Source: Balamuthia mandrillaris
Lineage: Eukaryota
DNA length: 64,000 bases
Assembly (NCBI GenBank): GCA_031835245.2
Contig: JAVKOQ020000013.1
Location: 248,001 to 312,000 of the forward strand
Direction of reading: 5' to 3'
Shown: positions 1 through 12,273 of the stretch, piece by piece
Numbering within the stretch: the first letter of the stretch is position 1
Layout of the letters: every line of letters starts with the position of its first letter
The notes under the pieces: generated by a model
What the model was told of the DNA's origin: nothing
Seen by the model: the letters and a program-made list of their open reading frames with translations, nothing else
The model's database searches: none
Position numbers and translations under genes: made by a program

Positions 1-3
1 AAA

Positions 4-1894
4 GTGAAAGAACACGAGAAGAAAAAGAGTATGGAGGAATCAACCAAACGAAGCGAGGCTGAACACGAAGAGGATGAGGATGACGAAGGAAGAGACAGTG
101 ATGACAGTCAATATGCCAGCAAACAATATACATCAGAGAGAACGAGATTAACTCAATTGACGAGGAAGAACACAGCAATGAACGCACGTACCACGCAAGC
201 TGCTTTGAAACAGAAACAAAACAACAAAAATGATGGAGAGAAAGGTGACGATGAGGGAGGTAAGCAACGGCAAAAGAAAGCAGATCCGGAATGGACCAGC
301 ATCAAGGCCAAAGCGCAAAGAAAACGGAGCAAAGCTCGCCAACAAGCCCGTAAACGAGTTTCCTTTGTCTCTGTTTCCAGCAGCAGCAGCGAAGAAGACG
401 ACGAAGCACAAGAAGATGATGGAGACAAAGAAAACGAGAATGTTCAACAACAGAAGAATCGTAAACAGCTACAGAAGAAGAAACACCAACCCCAACAAAA
501 ACAAAAACAAAAGCAAAAGAAGAAAGAGTCATCAGAGGAAGATGACGAAGATGAAGAAGAGAAACCGCAAAGCAAGTCGAACAATTCTACACGAAGAAAA
601 GCGATCCGCTCCAACAATTCGAAGACCAACACAAAGGACAACAAGCAAAAGCGTGGTGGACGTTCTCCTTCTCCTCCCACCCGGCCTTTGCCCCCGGAAG
701 ACGATGAAGTTGGTGTTCCGGAAGAGTTCACGTGGCCAGCCATTGAAGCAAAGCTTCTTTCAGAGGTATCTGTCTCTCTTTCTCTCTACCTTCTTGCTGT
801 TCATTTGGAAGACTTACACTTTTTTAAAAAAGGAGGAAGGATTGACGGGCATTACTCCCAAGTACGAGCGGTTCATGTTTCGGGGACTTCGTTTCATCGT
901 AACGGGCATGCCCAAAGACCACCTCGATGATGAAGACAAAGAAAACAATCCTCGCAACTCTTCTCCTCGAAATGGTGATGGTTCGACTTGTTATTATCCT
1001 CTTCATTCTTTCTTCTTTCATTCTTCATTCTTTCCTCTGCATTGTTCATTCTTCCTCCTTCCTTCTTCACTTGCTCCTACTTTCTTCATTCTAACTTTAC
1101 AGCAAACAACAAATAATCAGACGAAACCAACGTGACAGCCTCTCGGCTTTGCAAGTTCATCGAACAAAACGGGGGCCACGTCCTGGACTCCTTTGTCAAT
1201 CGCGGCATCACCACGGGGCGCCCCCCTCCCCACTACTATCGCAAAGAGGGCCTCCCCCAGACCTTGCTCCTCTCCACCCGAACGCACCGCACGGTCAAGT
1301 ACTTTGTGGCGGTGGCAGCGGGGGTGCCCTGCCTGCACTTCAACTGGCTCCTGCATTCCTTGCGGCAGCGATGCTTGTTGCCCTGGCAGCTGTACCTCTT
1401 GCCCTCTGGCTATTCGCTCGCCGAGAAGCCTGTTTTTATGTACGTGCATGGAGACCACTTGTTTTTGTGTCTTGCTCTTCGTCTTCCACGAACTAAACAA
1501 GCAACAAACCAACAGAACGGAGCATCAACCCGATCTCTTTGAAGAGTCACGCATCGAAGTGGTGGGCAGCCCGGACTTTAAGGAGCGATGGCGGCCCGTC
1601 CTCAAGGAAGGAGGGGCCAAGCTGGTGGAGCGGCTGTTCAGCCCGCACGAAGGGCGGGTGGACCTGATCGTGAGCGAACCCCATCCGCCGGACTACATGC
1701 GGCGCAAGTTCAAGGAGATGAGAGAGGTCCCCGTGGTTTCGCCCGAGTGGATCATTCAATCCTTGCTCGCTCAGGAGTGGCTAGACCCCCAGCTGGATGA
1801 ACGGTTCTACTTTGAACACGACCCACTTGTTTCTCCTTCTTCTGGCGAACAGAAAATGACAAAGGAGAAGAAGAAGAAGAGGAGACCCCTGTGA
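4..1894 (+). CDS. 53BP1/Rad9/Crb2-like tandem-BRCT DNA damage protein, 5'-partial, 3 introns in window
   Basis: Spliced C-terminus contains MFRGLRFIVTG, RTVKYFVAVAAGVPCLHFNWL...YLLPSGYSL and VPVVSPEWIIQSLL, matching 53BP1-type BRCT1/2 motifs; long charged disordered region upstream; GT-AG introns near 766, 980 and 1440. Confidence 0.75.
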
Positions 1895-1971
1895 ATAGTT
1901 TGCAAAGAGAGAGAGAGAGAGAGAGAAAAAAATAGACAACATCATTGTCCTTTTCTCTTCTCTGTTTTTTG

Positions 1972-2171
1972 TTACGAGTGTTTGGACAAGTATAAGCCGG
2001 TGCATTCCTCCACCAATTTGACGGCCTTCTCGACGGCGTCCTTGGGGCCTGTGATGGTCACCAGGTGCTCCTGCTCGTCCTGCAATGGTACTCGCACGCG
2101 CACTCCCAGCGATGAGATTTCTTTGATTTTCTTTCCTTTTGTGCCAATGACCAACCTTTGAAACAGAGACG

Positions 2172-2208
<37 letters not shown>

Positions 2209-3207
2209 AAAAAAGAGAAAAACGCAGAAGAGAGAAACGAAAAGAAAGAATGATAAAGAAGCGAGAAAAACAGTCAGCAATGGAGAGAGCAGAGAAGAGA
2301 AAACAGATATCAGGAAAAGAACATCAGAGAAAGGTAGGTACTTATGCAGGTCTTTGGGAACATCCAAGCGCACGGAAGTATGACCGGGCTCCAACCCTCT
2401 CGAACCCAACGAACCTCCACCAACGCCACCCCCATTGGCCGCCTGTTGCTGCTCCTTGATGATGGCCGTGATCAGGGCGACCGCCTTCTTGGCCGACTCC
2501 TCTCTCCCTCTCACAATGATGCCATCGCCCTCCTCCTGCGCCGGCGGGATGGTGATGTCCGCCCCGGACTGCTTCTTGATGTCCTTGAGGGTCTTGCCGC
2601 CTTTGCCGATGATGCGGCTGTGCAGCCTCTTGGCCACGGGGATGGTGATGGTCACGCCCGAGTTGCCCAGCAGGAGGTTGCGCAGGACCTGGAGGTCGGT
2701 GTAGTCCTCGGGGAGGCGGCCGGCCTGGTTAGCCAGCTCGGCGTTGGCGCCGGCCTCCAGCAGCAGCTTGGCGGCCTCCACCTTGCCCCCAGCCACCGCC
2801 TTGTGCAGCGGTGTAGAGCCCACATTGTTCTGATGTTATGTGCAGCATTTTTTTTAAAAGAAGTTAAACATCACCATTGAAGTTGAGGAGGAAAAAAAAA
2901 GGAAGAAGAAGCGATCAAAGAGAGGCAAAGAAAAAAAATCTCCTTCATCAAACAACATTTTTTCTTCAAACAAAAAAAAAAAACAAACCTGATGATTGGG
3001 TTTGGCCCCTTTCTCAAGGAGGAGCTTGATGAGGGAGAGATGCCCACACAAAGCGGCGGCGTGCAGGGCAGTGTCCCCCCACTGGTCAGCCTTGTCAACG
3101 GGGCAGCCGTCCGCCAGCAGCTTCTTCACCCGCCCTTCAGCATTCTCAAAGGCAAAAGCAACGATCAGATCTTCCTGCAGCGGTTGTTGTTCCTTGGTTG
3201 AGCCCAT
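1972..3207 (-). CDS. Small ankyrin-repeat plus two-KH-domain RNA-binding protein, 2 introns
   Basis: GDTALHAAA and GSTPLHKAV ankyrin motifs, followed by KH GxxG loops IIGKGGKTLKDI and VIGTKGKKIKEI; ATG at 3207. Confidence 0.85.
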
Positions 3208-3911
3208 TTCCACGTGGTAGTGTTGTGTTGTTGTTGTTTTTTTTGAGGAAAGATGAAGTGACTTCGGAAGAGGAAGAAAAGAAGGAAGAGATGATTTGTT
3301 CTTTCTTTTCTTTCTTTCTTTTTTTTTTGTATTTTTTAGTTTTTGTATTTCCTTTGATGGTAATTTTGTAGACAAAATCTCCTTTAATAGAACGAGTGAT
3401 GTCATATTTGCCTTTTTAAGATGATTCCGTCGTAAGTTTGCGACAAAGCGCTAAACAAAATGAGCTCAGGTTGTGCAATAAATGTGCAGTATTTGGCGGC
3501 TAAAAAGGGTTAAGATTCCGCTTGCTGATTGGTGGATGCGTATTAGGGTATTTGAAAATCTCCGCAAGTCGGCGAAAGGACATTATTACCATACATAGAG
3601 TTATATTAGATTTCGATTCTTTTAAAAGACAAGGCGCAACTGCTCTTGCATCCTGGAAGAAAGAAAAGGAAGATAAAAACCAGGGAGGGAAAGAGACTGA
3701 TACTCAACAACTGATTTCGTCCTATTCTGTTTCTTCAGCAGGCTGTCCCTCGGGTCTGCCCGTTCTGTCATAATTTGAAATCCCTTCAAGCGAATGATAG
3801 GATAGCGTCGAGGTTTTCTGACGAGATACAGCGTAGAAACAGAAAAAAGTCTTTCAGCACTCCCGGCGTTTATAACTGGCCGTGTGAGCGACGGAATCGT
3901 TGACAGCAAAG

Positions 3912-5505
3912 ATGGAAGCCGGTTCAAACATGGACACCCCGAATAAAAAGCGTTCTTCCCTGTCTGCGGCGAAAAACAGGCTCTCACAGCTCGTCACCGA
4001 CTACTTTTCGGTAGAAGACCTCCGAAATGACAAGTCCTACTTCGAGCAGAAAATGGAGGCACCAGTCGAGGACGACTTGGCCTGGATGGAGGAGAGCTAT
4101 TGGAACGCTGCCGAGATGCAACTGCAAAACGAACGGGAGGCAGGGGAGTCTGCAGCAGCCTCAGCGCCTCCCCTTTCCTCAGACGACTCAGACAGCGAAG
4201 AGAGAGAGCGTGGCCATGGGGAAGTGCTCGCTGGAGGCAGTGGCTCCATATATATAATGGAGGATTTTGGGGATGCGGACTCACACCGTGCACCTTCCTC
4301 CTTTGGATCGATTGGCCCCGGCATATCCCTCAGCAATAAACCACGAGGTAGAGGCAGAGGGCGAGGTCGCCCCCGAAAACAAGCAAAGAAACCTGCCCGA
4401 CGCTTCTTTCCAAGATGGCCGCTTCGCAAGAAGGACAAAACGCAACCACGGCAGCGCCCTCGCTATTGGCCTATCTTCATCATGGTAGTCTCCCTCGCGG
4501 ACCTCATCATGCTTATCGTGGAGATCGTGGTCAACGGGGGCTTTGAGTCTTTCTCTGACAATCCCTGGGGCGGCCCTAGTGCTGAGACGCTCATCGACCT
4601 AGGGGCCAAGTGGGTGCCTGCAATCAAAGACGATGGTGAGTGGTGGCGCTTCATCACTCCCATTTTCTTGCACGTAGGGATAGGTCACTTGGCAATGAAC
4701 CTGCTGATGCAACTGAAGGTCGGCTTGAGCTTGGAGGCCGCTTATGGGTGGCATCGCGTGGCACCGATCTACATGTTGTCGGGAGTGGCTGGCAATCTGG
4801 TGAGCAGTATCTTTTTACCGCAGCAGGTCACCGTTGGCGCTTCTGGTATGTCTTCCTTCCCTTTGTTTATCGAACAACAACCGAACCGACATCACACCAC
4901 ACCATAGGCTCTCTCTTTGGGTTTACAGCGGTGCTGTTAACGGATCTTATCTCAAACTGGACGATCATCAAGAACCCCATTCGAGCTCTCATAGGGATGA
5001 TCTTGGGTTCGTTCTATCTCACCCTCTTTTGGCTTCATTTGTTAGTAACAATACAAACGCTTTCTTGCAATCCAGGTATAATGGTGTCCTTGGCGTTGGG
5101 GTTGCTGCCGGGCGTCGACAATTTTGCTCATATTGGTGGTTTCTTGGAAGGTCTTATGGCTGGTTTCATCTTCTTGCCCAGGTTTTCCTCCTTTCTCTTT
5201 TCGCTTTCTCCTTCTTTCTTCTTCCGGCTTCCTGCTTCCTTCTTCTTTCTGTCGTCTATCTTCTTTCTCCAGTCGTTATTCTTCTTGCTTCCTTCTCACC
5301 TCTAGAAAAAAATAGCATTGCAGCCAAAACGAACAAATGCCATTTTTACATGCGTCGCATCCTCTTGTTTGTGTGTGTGCCACTGAACATAGGATTCCTG
5401 GTGGGCGGTTTCGTGTTGTTCTATAAGTCAGTGGACCCGGATGGATGGTGTAATGGCTGCGAGGTCATCGACTGTGTTCCTATCATGGATTGGTGCGACT
5501 TTTGA
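3912..5505 (+). CDS. Rhomboid intramembrane serine protease, 3 introns
   Basis: EWWRFITPIFLH, HLAMN, VGASG (catalytic Ser) and DNFAHIGG (catalytic His); Cys-rich C-terminus. Confidence 0.92.
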
Positions 5506-5607
5506 AAGAGAAAAGAATGGGAGAGTGACTGTAGATATAGCACAACAGAGAAACTGCAACCGAAGAGAAAGAGAGAAAAGGATCAATGTGTTTGTAAGTT
5601 TGGCTTG

Positions 5608-7432
5608 TTAGAAGAAAGAAAGGTAAACCGTTGTCAATACTGCAATGAACAGAATGAGAAAGGAGATGGTGTAGGCGTCCAAGGAGAGATATGTTTTGGG
5701 AGCGCTGGGCAACAAAGGAGAGGAAGAAGACAACAGTGGCCACCGTTGGTCCAGTTTGCCTGTCCGACTTGGAGAAAGCGTGTGTGGATAGATCAAAAAT
5801 GGAGAGCTGATGAAAAGAATGAGTAAACAAATGATCAAGAGGAAGAGAAGCGTAGAGAGAACGAGAGAAGCAGAGAGGAGACAGTACTTTTTGTCTAGTG
5901 TAGTGCGCGACAACCGCAAAAGCTTGTAGGGAGGAACTTGTTGAAGTAATACAAAACTGAGGCGCAGTAACCGCTCCCAAGGAAGGTCATCTTCCATTTT
6001 AGTTAGATAGTTATGGACAGCACTATATTCACATTTGCAGGCTAACAAGCCTTTCCTCCGATGACTTACCAGCTAAAGAAGAATAAAAGAATGGAGAACG
6101 GAGAACAGAGAAAGGGAAACAGAAGTAACAAATTACAAATACAATCATAAATGACAAAGAAAGAGAAAGCTACTTACAACAACAGCAAGATAAAGTGGCA
6201 ACAACGGGTGAGAAGCAAGAAACGCATCAAACAATCGAGTGATCACCTCCCATCGATGCACATCATGAGAGTACCACGTTAGCACCCAACTCAGAGCAAA
6301 GTAAGGCTCCACTCCTGATTGTTGCAGAAACTGATGGGTGGAAGGGTCTATAACAGACAACAGAGGAAACAATAAAGATAGGACTTGAATCACAGGTTCT
6401 AATGTCTTCTCCATCGCACCTGTAAAGTATCGTTGTATGTCAGTTTTAAGAATGAAAGGAAGAAAGGATGAAGACCGTTACAACGTGATGAAAGAAATGA
6501 ACAAACAACAAAAGACCAATGAATAACAGGAAGAAAAAAAAATGAGCAACGCATAAAAAACAAACAACGAGAAGAAAGGTATCTTATAGAGGTCCGGCTG
6601 AGTCGTTCCAACAACATCAGGGCCGTCTTCTCAGAGCGACTAACCAACAGAAATACCGTGGCAATGTCGTGATAGCCCTGAAAGTAGTTGAGCTGCGCGT
6701 TGCGGCAGAGAGCAGCGTTGATGATGAGGGAGAGCTCTCGCCTGAGGCGCCGTCGCTCCCCCTTTCTGCGGCCCTCCATGAAGTGGATGAGAGAGCGGTC
6801 AACGTCCTTGGCCACTTGGTCCGTGTCTTTGTGCTCTTTCACCAACTCTATTTTTTTTTAAAAAAAAAAGAAAAGAAAACGATAAGCAAAAATAAAAAAT
6901 GAACTTTAAAAAAGAAAAAAAAGAAAAAGAAAAGAAAAAAAAAGAAAAAAAAAGAAAAGAAAAGAGAAATAAAAAAGAAAAAGAAAGAAAAATGAACAAA
7001 AAAAAAAGAAAAAAAGAAAAAAAAACAAAGAAAAAAACTTTCAAAAAAAAAAAGAAAAAGAGACAGAGATAAAAAAAAAGAAAAAATAGCTACTATAGTG
7101 CAGAAAGATCTGTCTGCGATTTTTTTAAAAAAGAGGTTCAACTCACCAGTAAGAGAAGGAAGTTGTTGAACCTCTGCGCGGGTGAGTCCCAACAAGTGCG
7201 GCCACGCTTTGGCCCGAACCGCATCGTTGACAAGGCCCTCGCTGATGGCGAACCATCTCAGGGCGTCCAAATTATTGTCGACATCGGACAGGATCTCAGC
7301 GACGCGCCCCAGTCGAGCGATGTACTTGGAGGACGTTTCCTCCAGCGCCAACGTGGCGGACGACCTCTGTTGCTGTGGCTGCCTTGGCGCTCGTTTCTTG
7401 TTTCTGTTGCGGAAGGCATTCCCTCGCTGCAT
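5608..7432 (-). CDS. TBC1D20: TBC-domain Rab GAP, TBC1D20/Gyp8-like, with C-terminal transmembrane anchor
   Basis: GLVNDAVRAKAWPHLLG, QVAKDVDRS (Arg finger), YFQGYHDI (Gln finger), FALSWVLTWYSHD; hydrophobic C-tail; one intron appears to be AT-AC. Confidence 0.85.
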
Positions 7433-7948
7433 CCCTTTTTTTTTTTTTGATTTTTTCTCTCGTTGTGTTTTTGTCGACAATAATCACGTCGACATGTAAA
7501 ATGTCTGATTTCTCATTGGCTACGATCAGTTGCCTTGATCTCTGTCTGTTGTTATTCTATGGCGAGAACTGGCTATGGCAACCCTACCGACGCTTGCCGA
7601 TGGCCCCATCGGGCTTCCCAAGCATATCCATCCTAGTCTTATGACGGGCAAAAGTACTTGGAATCAGGTGTCTCCTCGTTGTTTTTGCGGGTTGTCTGGG
7701 TTTGTCCTTCCACCCCCCGGTCTTGCTGACCGGCGGTGTGCCCTGGGTTAGTGGCGCAGTGCAGAAGCTTTCGTTTTGAACGAGCTGCCCGTCCACCAGA
7801 AGCTTTTGACCGGAGATGAAGCGTAAGAAGAAGGAGAAGAAGACAACATTGTTTGTGAGATGAACATTGTCGGGGAGGTTGTTCCGCTTATTGCTCCACA
7901 AATTATAGGCCTGTAACGCATTACATATAAAAAAAATTAGAAGAGGGA

Positions 7949-8852
7949 ATGAGAACCCTGCTGGAACTGGTGCCTTTAGTGCTGTGCTTGGTGGCCGTAA
8001 CGATGACCCCCGTGGCGGTGCGCGCCAACACCGCCCTGGATGACGGGTGGTGCCCGCTTCCCTATGGCACCTGCACCGACCCCACCATCCCGGTTTGTTT
8101 TCTTTCGTTTCGTCGTTTCTCTTTCTGTTTCCTTCCTCTCTTCTCTTTTCTCTTTGCTGCTCCTTCTCCTTCTTCTTCGCTTTCTCTTAAACAAAAACAA
8201 AACAAAACAAAACCAAAAGGGAGAAGAACGAACAGGGCCACCGTACTCTGGCGCCAACGCCCACCCTCTCATCGCCGAGGGGATCTCCTCGGGGAGCGTG
8301 GGCAACACCTGCAACTTTCGTGCCGACGGGCAGGCCTTTCCCGAAATGCCGCAGCTCTACAAGGACAATTGGCTGCTGGCCGCCTCTCAGGACCTCTACA
8401 ACGGCAGGCACTTGGGGGAGAACACCTGGGCTGAGGTTGGGTGCCCTCTTTACCCATTCTCTCTTTCTCTCTCTGCTCTCCTCTTTTTCTCATCACCTTC
8501 TTGCTGCTCTCCTTCCAAACCTTTCCGTTCTCGTCGCACCAGGAATGTGATGTTAGCAAGTTGACATGGGAGGATGCCGACACGGGAGCCAACCTTTGTG
8601 GGGCTGCCTGTGGCGTGTGTTTCTTGGTCTCGGGTGAGAACGGCGCCGGGGTCTTCATGGTCAACGAGATAGCGGACATTGGGGCGGTGGGCCAGAACGG
8701 CAGAGGGTTGAACCTCCACTTGGACGATGATCACAACGGGGAGGTGAGAGGCTGGGGCGGCGCCTCCAAGGACATTCGCTACAAGCGAGTGCCTTGCCCT
8801 GTGGGGGAGTCAGGCATTTCCATTCATACCTGGAACGTCTACAGTTAAGCCG

Positions 8853-8891
<39 letters not shown>

Positions 8892-9540
8892 AACGGAAGA
8901 CCAACCACCCCTTGTGCCGTCATCGTAACTACAGGTGACTCGGCCGTGTTTCTGGTCATTTTGAACCATCGCAACGGCATCAAGAGCGTTCATGCTCGTG
9001 GAGGTCCCGGTGGGAATCAGACCTGGGTCCCCATGGCTCGTGACTGGACCAACCGTTGGCGATGGGAAAGCTATGGCTGCGAAGGTACACATCTCCTCCA
9101 ATTCCTTCTCTCCGGTTGTGTGTGACGTTCTCTCTCTTCCGCAAGGCTGTCCTCCATTTCAAGAAGGAGCAGGTCCCATCCAACGTGGCTCCACCGATAA
9201 TGACTTTGAGCTCCTCATAACGGACGTGTTCGGAGGGCAGGTGCATTGCCGCTCGCTGCAGGCCATCAAAGAGGGTCCTCGTCAAACATGCGTCGACGAA
9301 GAAGGTCAACCCTTGCAACTTTCCTGCGGAGGAGCTCAAGACGAAGGGGGAGTCGCGTTGGAAGGATGTGATGGTAGCACTCCGCTCAATATGGAGTATT
9401 ACGTGGCAGGAGAGCTTGAGAGTTTGGATGTTTGTGGCGAGAAGGACGAGTCGAGAGTGTGTGGTACCCGACCAGCTGGCGGCAGCAGCGCCTCCTCGTT
9501 AGTGTCTTTGTTCTTGTCTCTCTTGAAGACATTGCTGTAA
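7949..9540 (+). CDS. Secreted expansin-like protein (DPBB plus CBM63-like domain), possible GPI anchor, 4 introns
   Basis: Signal peptide; CGAACGVCFLV, NLHLD and YKRVPCPV in the DPBB part; spliced LVILNHRNGIKSV...WVPMARDWTNRW in the second domain; hydrophobic C-terminus. Confidence 0.7.
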
Positions 9541-9660
9541 AAATGTGCTATAATAAATCGACAACGAGAGGCTGAGAAAAACAAGAGAATGATGATGCAA
9601 GTAAGAGAAGAAGCGAGAAGACGTTTACAAAAAATGATGATAATTGAAAAATAAAAATCT

Positions 9661-11116
9661 CTAGAAGAGGGTACACTTTCTCTTTGGAGCAGAAGGAACG
9701 TTTTCGGCGGGTTGACAGACAACAGCGGTGAGGGCATTGTCAAAGACGTTCTTGAGGCCCTTGCGCGTCAAGGCGGAGCATTCGAGGTACTTCAGGGCTT
9801 TGATTTCTTTCGCCATTTCTTGTCCTGTTTTGTTGTTGATGAGGTTAGGCCAATTAGAATTTCTTCTTTTCTATTCTGTCTTCTTTCTTCTTTCTCTGCT
9901 TCTTTTGGCCTTTCGTTTTTGGTTCCTTTTCTGTTTTTCATTTGCGTTCTTTGTTCACTTCTCTGTTCGTGCATTCCTTCAACATTCATTCTGTCCTTTA
10001 ATTTTGACTTGATTGTTCCGTCTAATCCTCATCACTTCCTTGATGGGAGGATGCGTTTGTTAAGTACCTTGTTCGGGGGTGATGGGCTCCTTCTTGTTCT
10101 TTCGGAGCTCTTCCAAGGTTTTGGGATCATCTCTCAAGTCTATCTTGGTACCTACAAGAATGATGGGCGTTGTGGGACAGTGATGGCGCAACTGTTTAAG
10201 AGAATAGCAGCAGAAACCTATGTCAACGAGTGGAACAGAACAAGACCAAGAAGAAGAAAAGAAAAAGAAAAAGAAAAAGAAAAAGAAAAAGAAAAAGAAA
10301 AAGAAAAAGAAAAAGAAAGAAAGAAGGAAAAAGTAACAAAGAACAAGAAACAAGACTGAAACCTCAGGGAGCCATGTGTCTTTGACGTTATCAAAGGAAT
10401 AAGGGTTCACCACGGAGAAACAAAGCAGAAAAATGTCTGTTTTCGGATAGCTCAACGTGCGAATCCTAGCGTAACCCTCCTGACCTATTCATTCCACAAT
10501 ATTTTTAAAAAAAACAAAAACACACAAACACAAAACACAAACAGACAAACACAAACACAAAACACAAACAGACAAACACAAACACAAACGCAAAAGCAAA
10601 CACAAAATACAAACACACAAAGTTCAATAGCAGTATCCCAGGGAGAAAAAACAAACAAACCAAAACACAAACAAATAAACAAACAAACCAACCAGCAGTA
10701 TCCCAGAGAGAGAACTTGACTTCTTGGCCTTCCACCAATATTTGAGCTTTTTTTAAAAAAAAATATAAAGTGAGAAAGAGAGAGAGAGAGAAAGAGAGAA
10801 AGTGAGAAAGAGAGAGAGAGAGAGAGAGAGAGGAGAGCAGAATGAATGGGGGGGGGGAAGAAAAAGGAATAAACCTTCATAGTTGTCAAAGACGGTGGGG
10901 ACGTATTCTGTGGGGAATTGATTTTCTGATGAAGACGAAAAAACACCGGGGGATGAAGAGGGTTGTTGAGGCCGGTCAACAAGAAAACCAACAAATCGTA
11001 GGACGAGGTTTTTTAAAAAAAAGAACAAACGAACCTGTGTAACTGATGAGAGCGCACGTTTTACCGACGGCACCATCTCCCACCACCACGCATTTCACCT
11101 CTTTCTCTTCCGCCAT
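9661..11116 (-). CDS. Rho-family (Rac-like) small GTPase, 5 introns
   Basis: [44 protein letters not shown] and C-terminal CAAX KRKCTLF*. Confidence 0.95.
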
Positions 11117-11632
11117 TTTATTATTATTATTTTTTTGGTGTATTGGATGGATCAAATAACAAATATATAAAAAGAACAGAGAGATGTCCCCTTTCTTCAG
11201 TACCGCCGCCACAGATCGAAACTGAACTTCTTCTTTACTTTCTTTTAATTTTTTTATTTCTTTTTGGAGAAGATGTGATCGATCAATATTAATTAGACTA
11301 TATTTTCGTCGACACACAGAGATCAATCTCGATTGCTGACGTCTGTCCTTTGCGGGGAATTTCCTCCATGTCGTCACGTATGCGGGCATTTTTCTTTCTC
11401 TCTCGTGTCCTCTCTCCTGTCCCATTACCAACAAAAAAGAAAAGTGGTTAAAAAAAAAAACGTAGTGGCCACGAGTGTGGAGGAGAGGACCCCGTGCTAC
11501 CAGCTGCTGCTGTATTCTTTTCTCTGTACGTGCGTATGCTTTCTCTGTTTTTACTGAATGATTTTGGATTGGGTTGACCCCAAAACTTCACTCCTCTATC
11601 ACCAAAAAAAAAAGTTCCTGGCCAAGGATCAG

Positions 11633-12238
11633 ATGGAAAAAACAGCTGGCAACAAGGGTGTCATGCCAGGAGGTAGTGGTGGTGGTGGTGGTGGATCAAC
11701 CACCACAACGCAACTTGAGAAGCCCCGTTTACACCAAAGAAAGCCACTGCTGAAAGGCAGCAGCGAAGGGAGCAGCAGCCATGCCCGCGCCACCTCCTCA
11801 GTCAGAGGGAAAACAGAACAGGGCTGGAAGCAGAGGCTGCGTACCAAACGGCAGAAGACCCTGCGCACGCTGCGTGACTCGATCCCCTCCCGTTGGGTGC
11901 TGCTGCAGTTCTGCTCGCAAACGCTGAAGGAGATTCGCAGCAGGAAGGTGAACTACCTGCTGGGCTGCCTGTCCTGCTTCCTGGTGGTGATGGTGGTGGC
12001 GCTCATGGTGAGCATCCTCTCCAACGCGCCCATAGTCTTCCTGCGCTTGGCCGAGCTGACAGAGGGAGAGATGGACGTGAAGATTGCGGTGGGTGATTGG
12101 ACTGGCTTTGCCTTGCTCAACTATACGTTGGTGTCGAGCTTGTTGGAGAACAAGGAGAGCACCACCTATCATACGCCTCGTTACTTCTCTCAAGTTGCTG
12201 GTTTGTTTTTCTTCTTTTTTTTCTTTTTCTTTTGCTTC

Positions 12239-12273
<35 letters not shown>

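Noticed and set aside
7584..7901. GC-richer intergenic stretch as a possible ncRNA or small ORF
   Set aside because: No snRNA, SRP, RNase P/MRP or protein motif that I can recognise.
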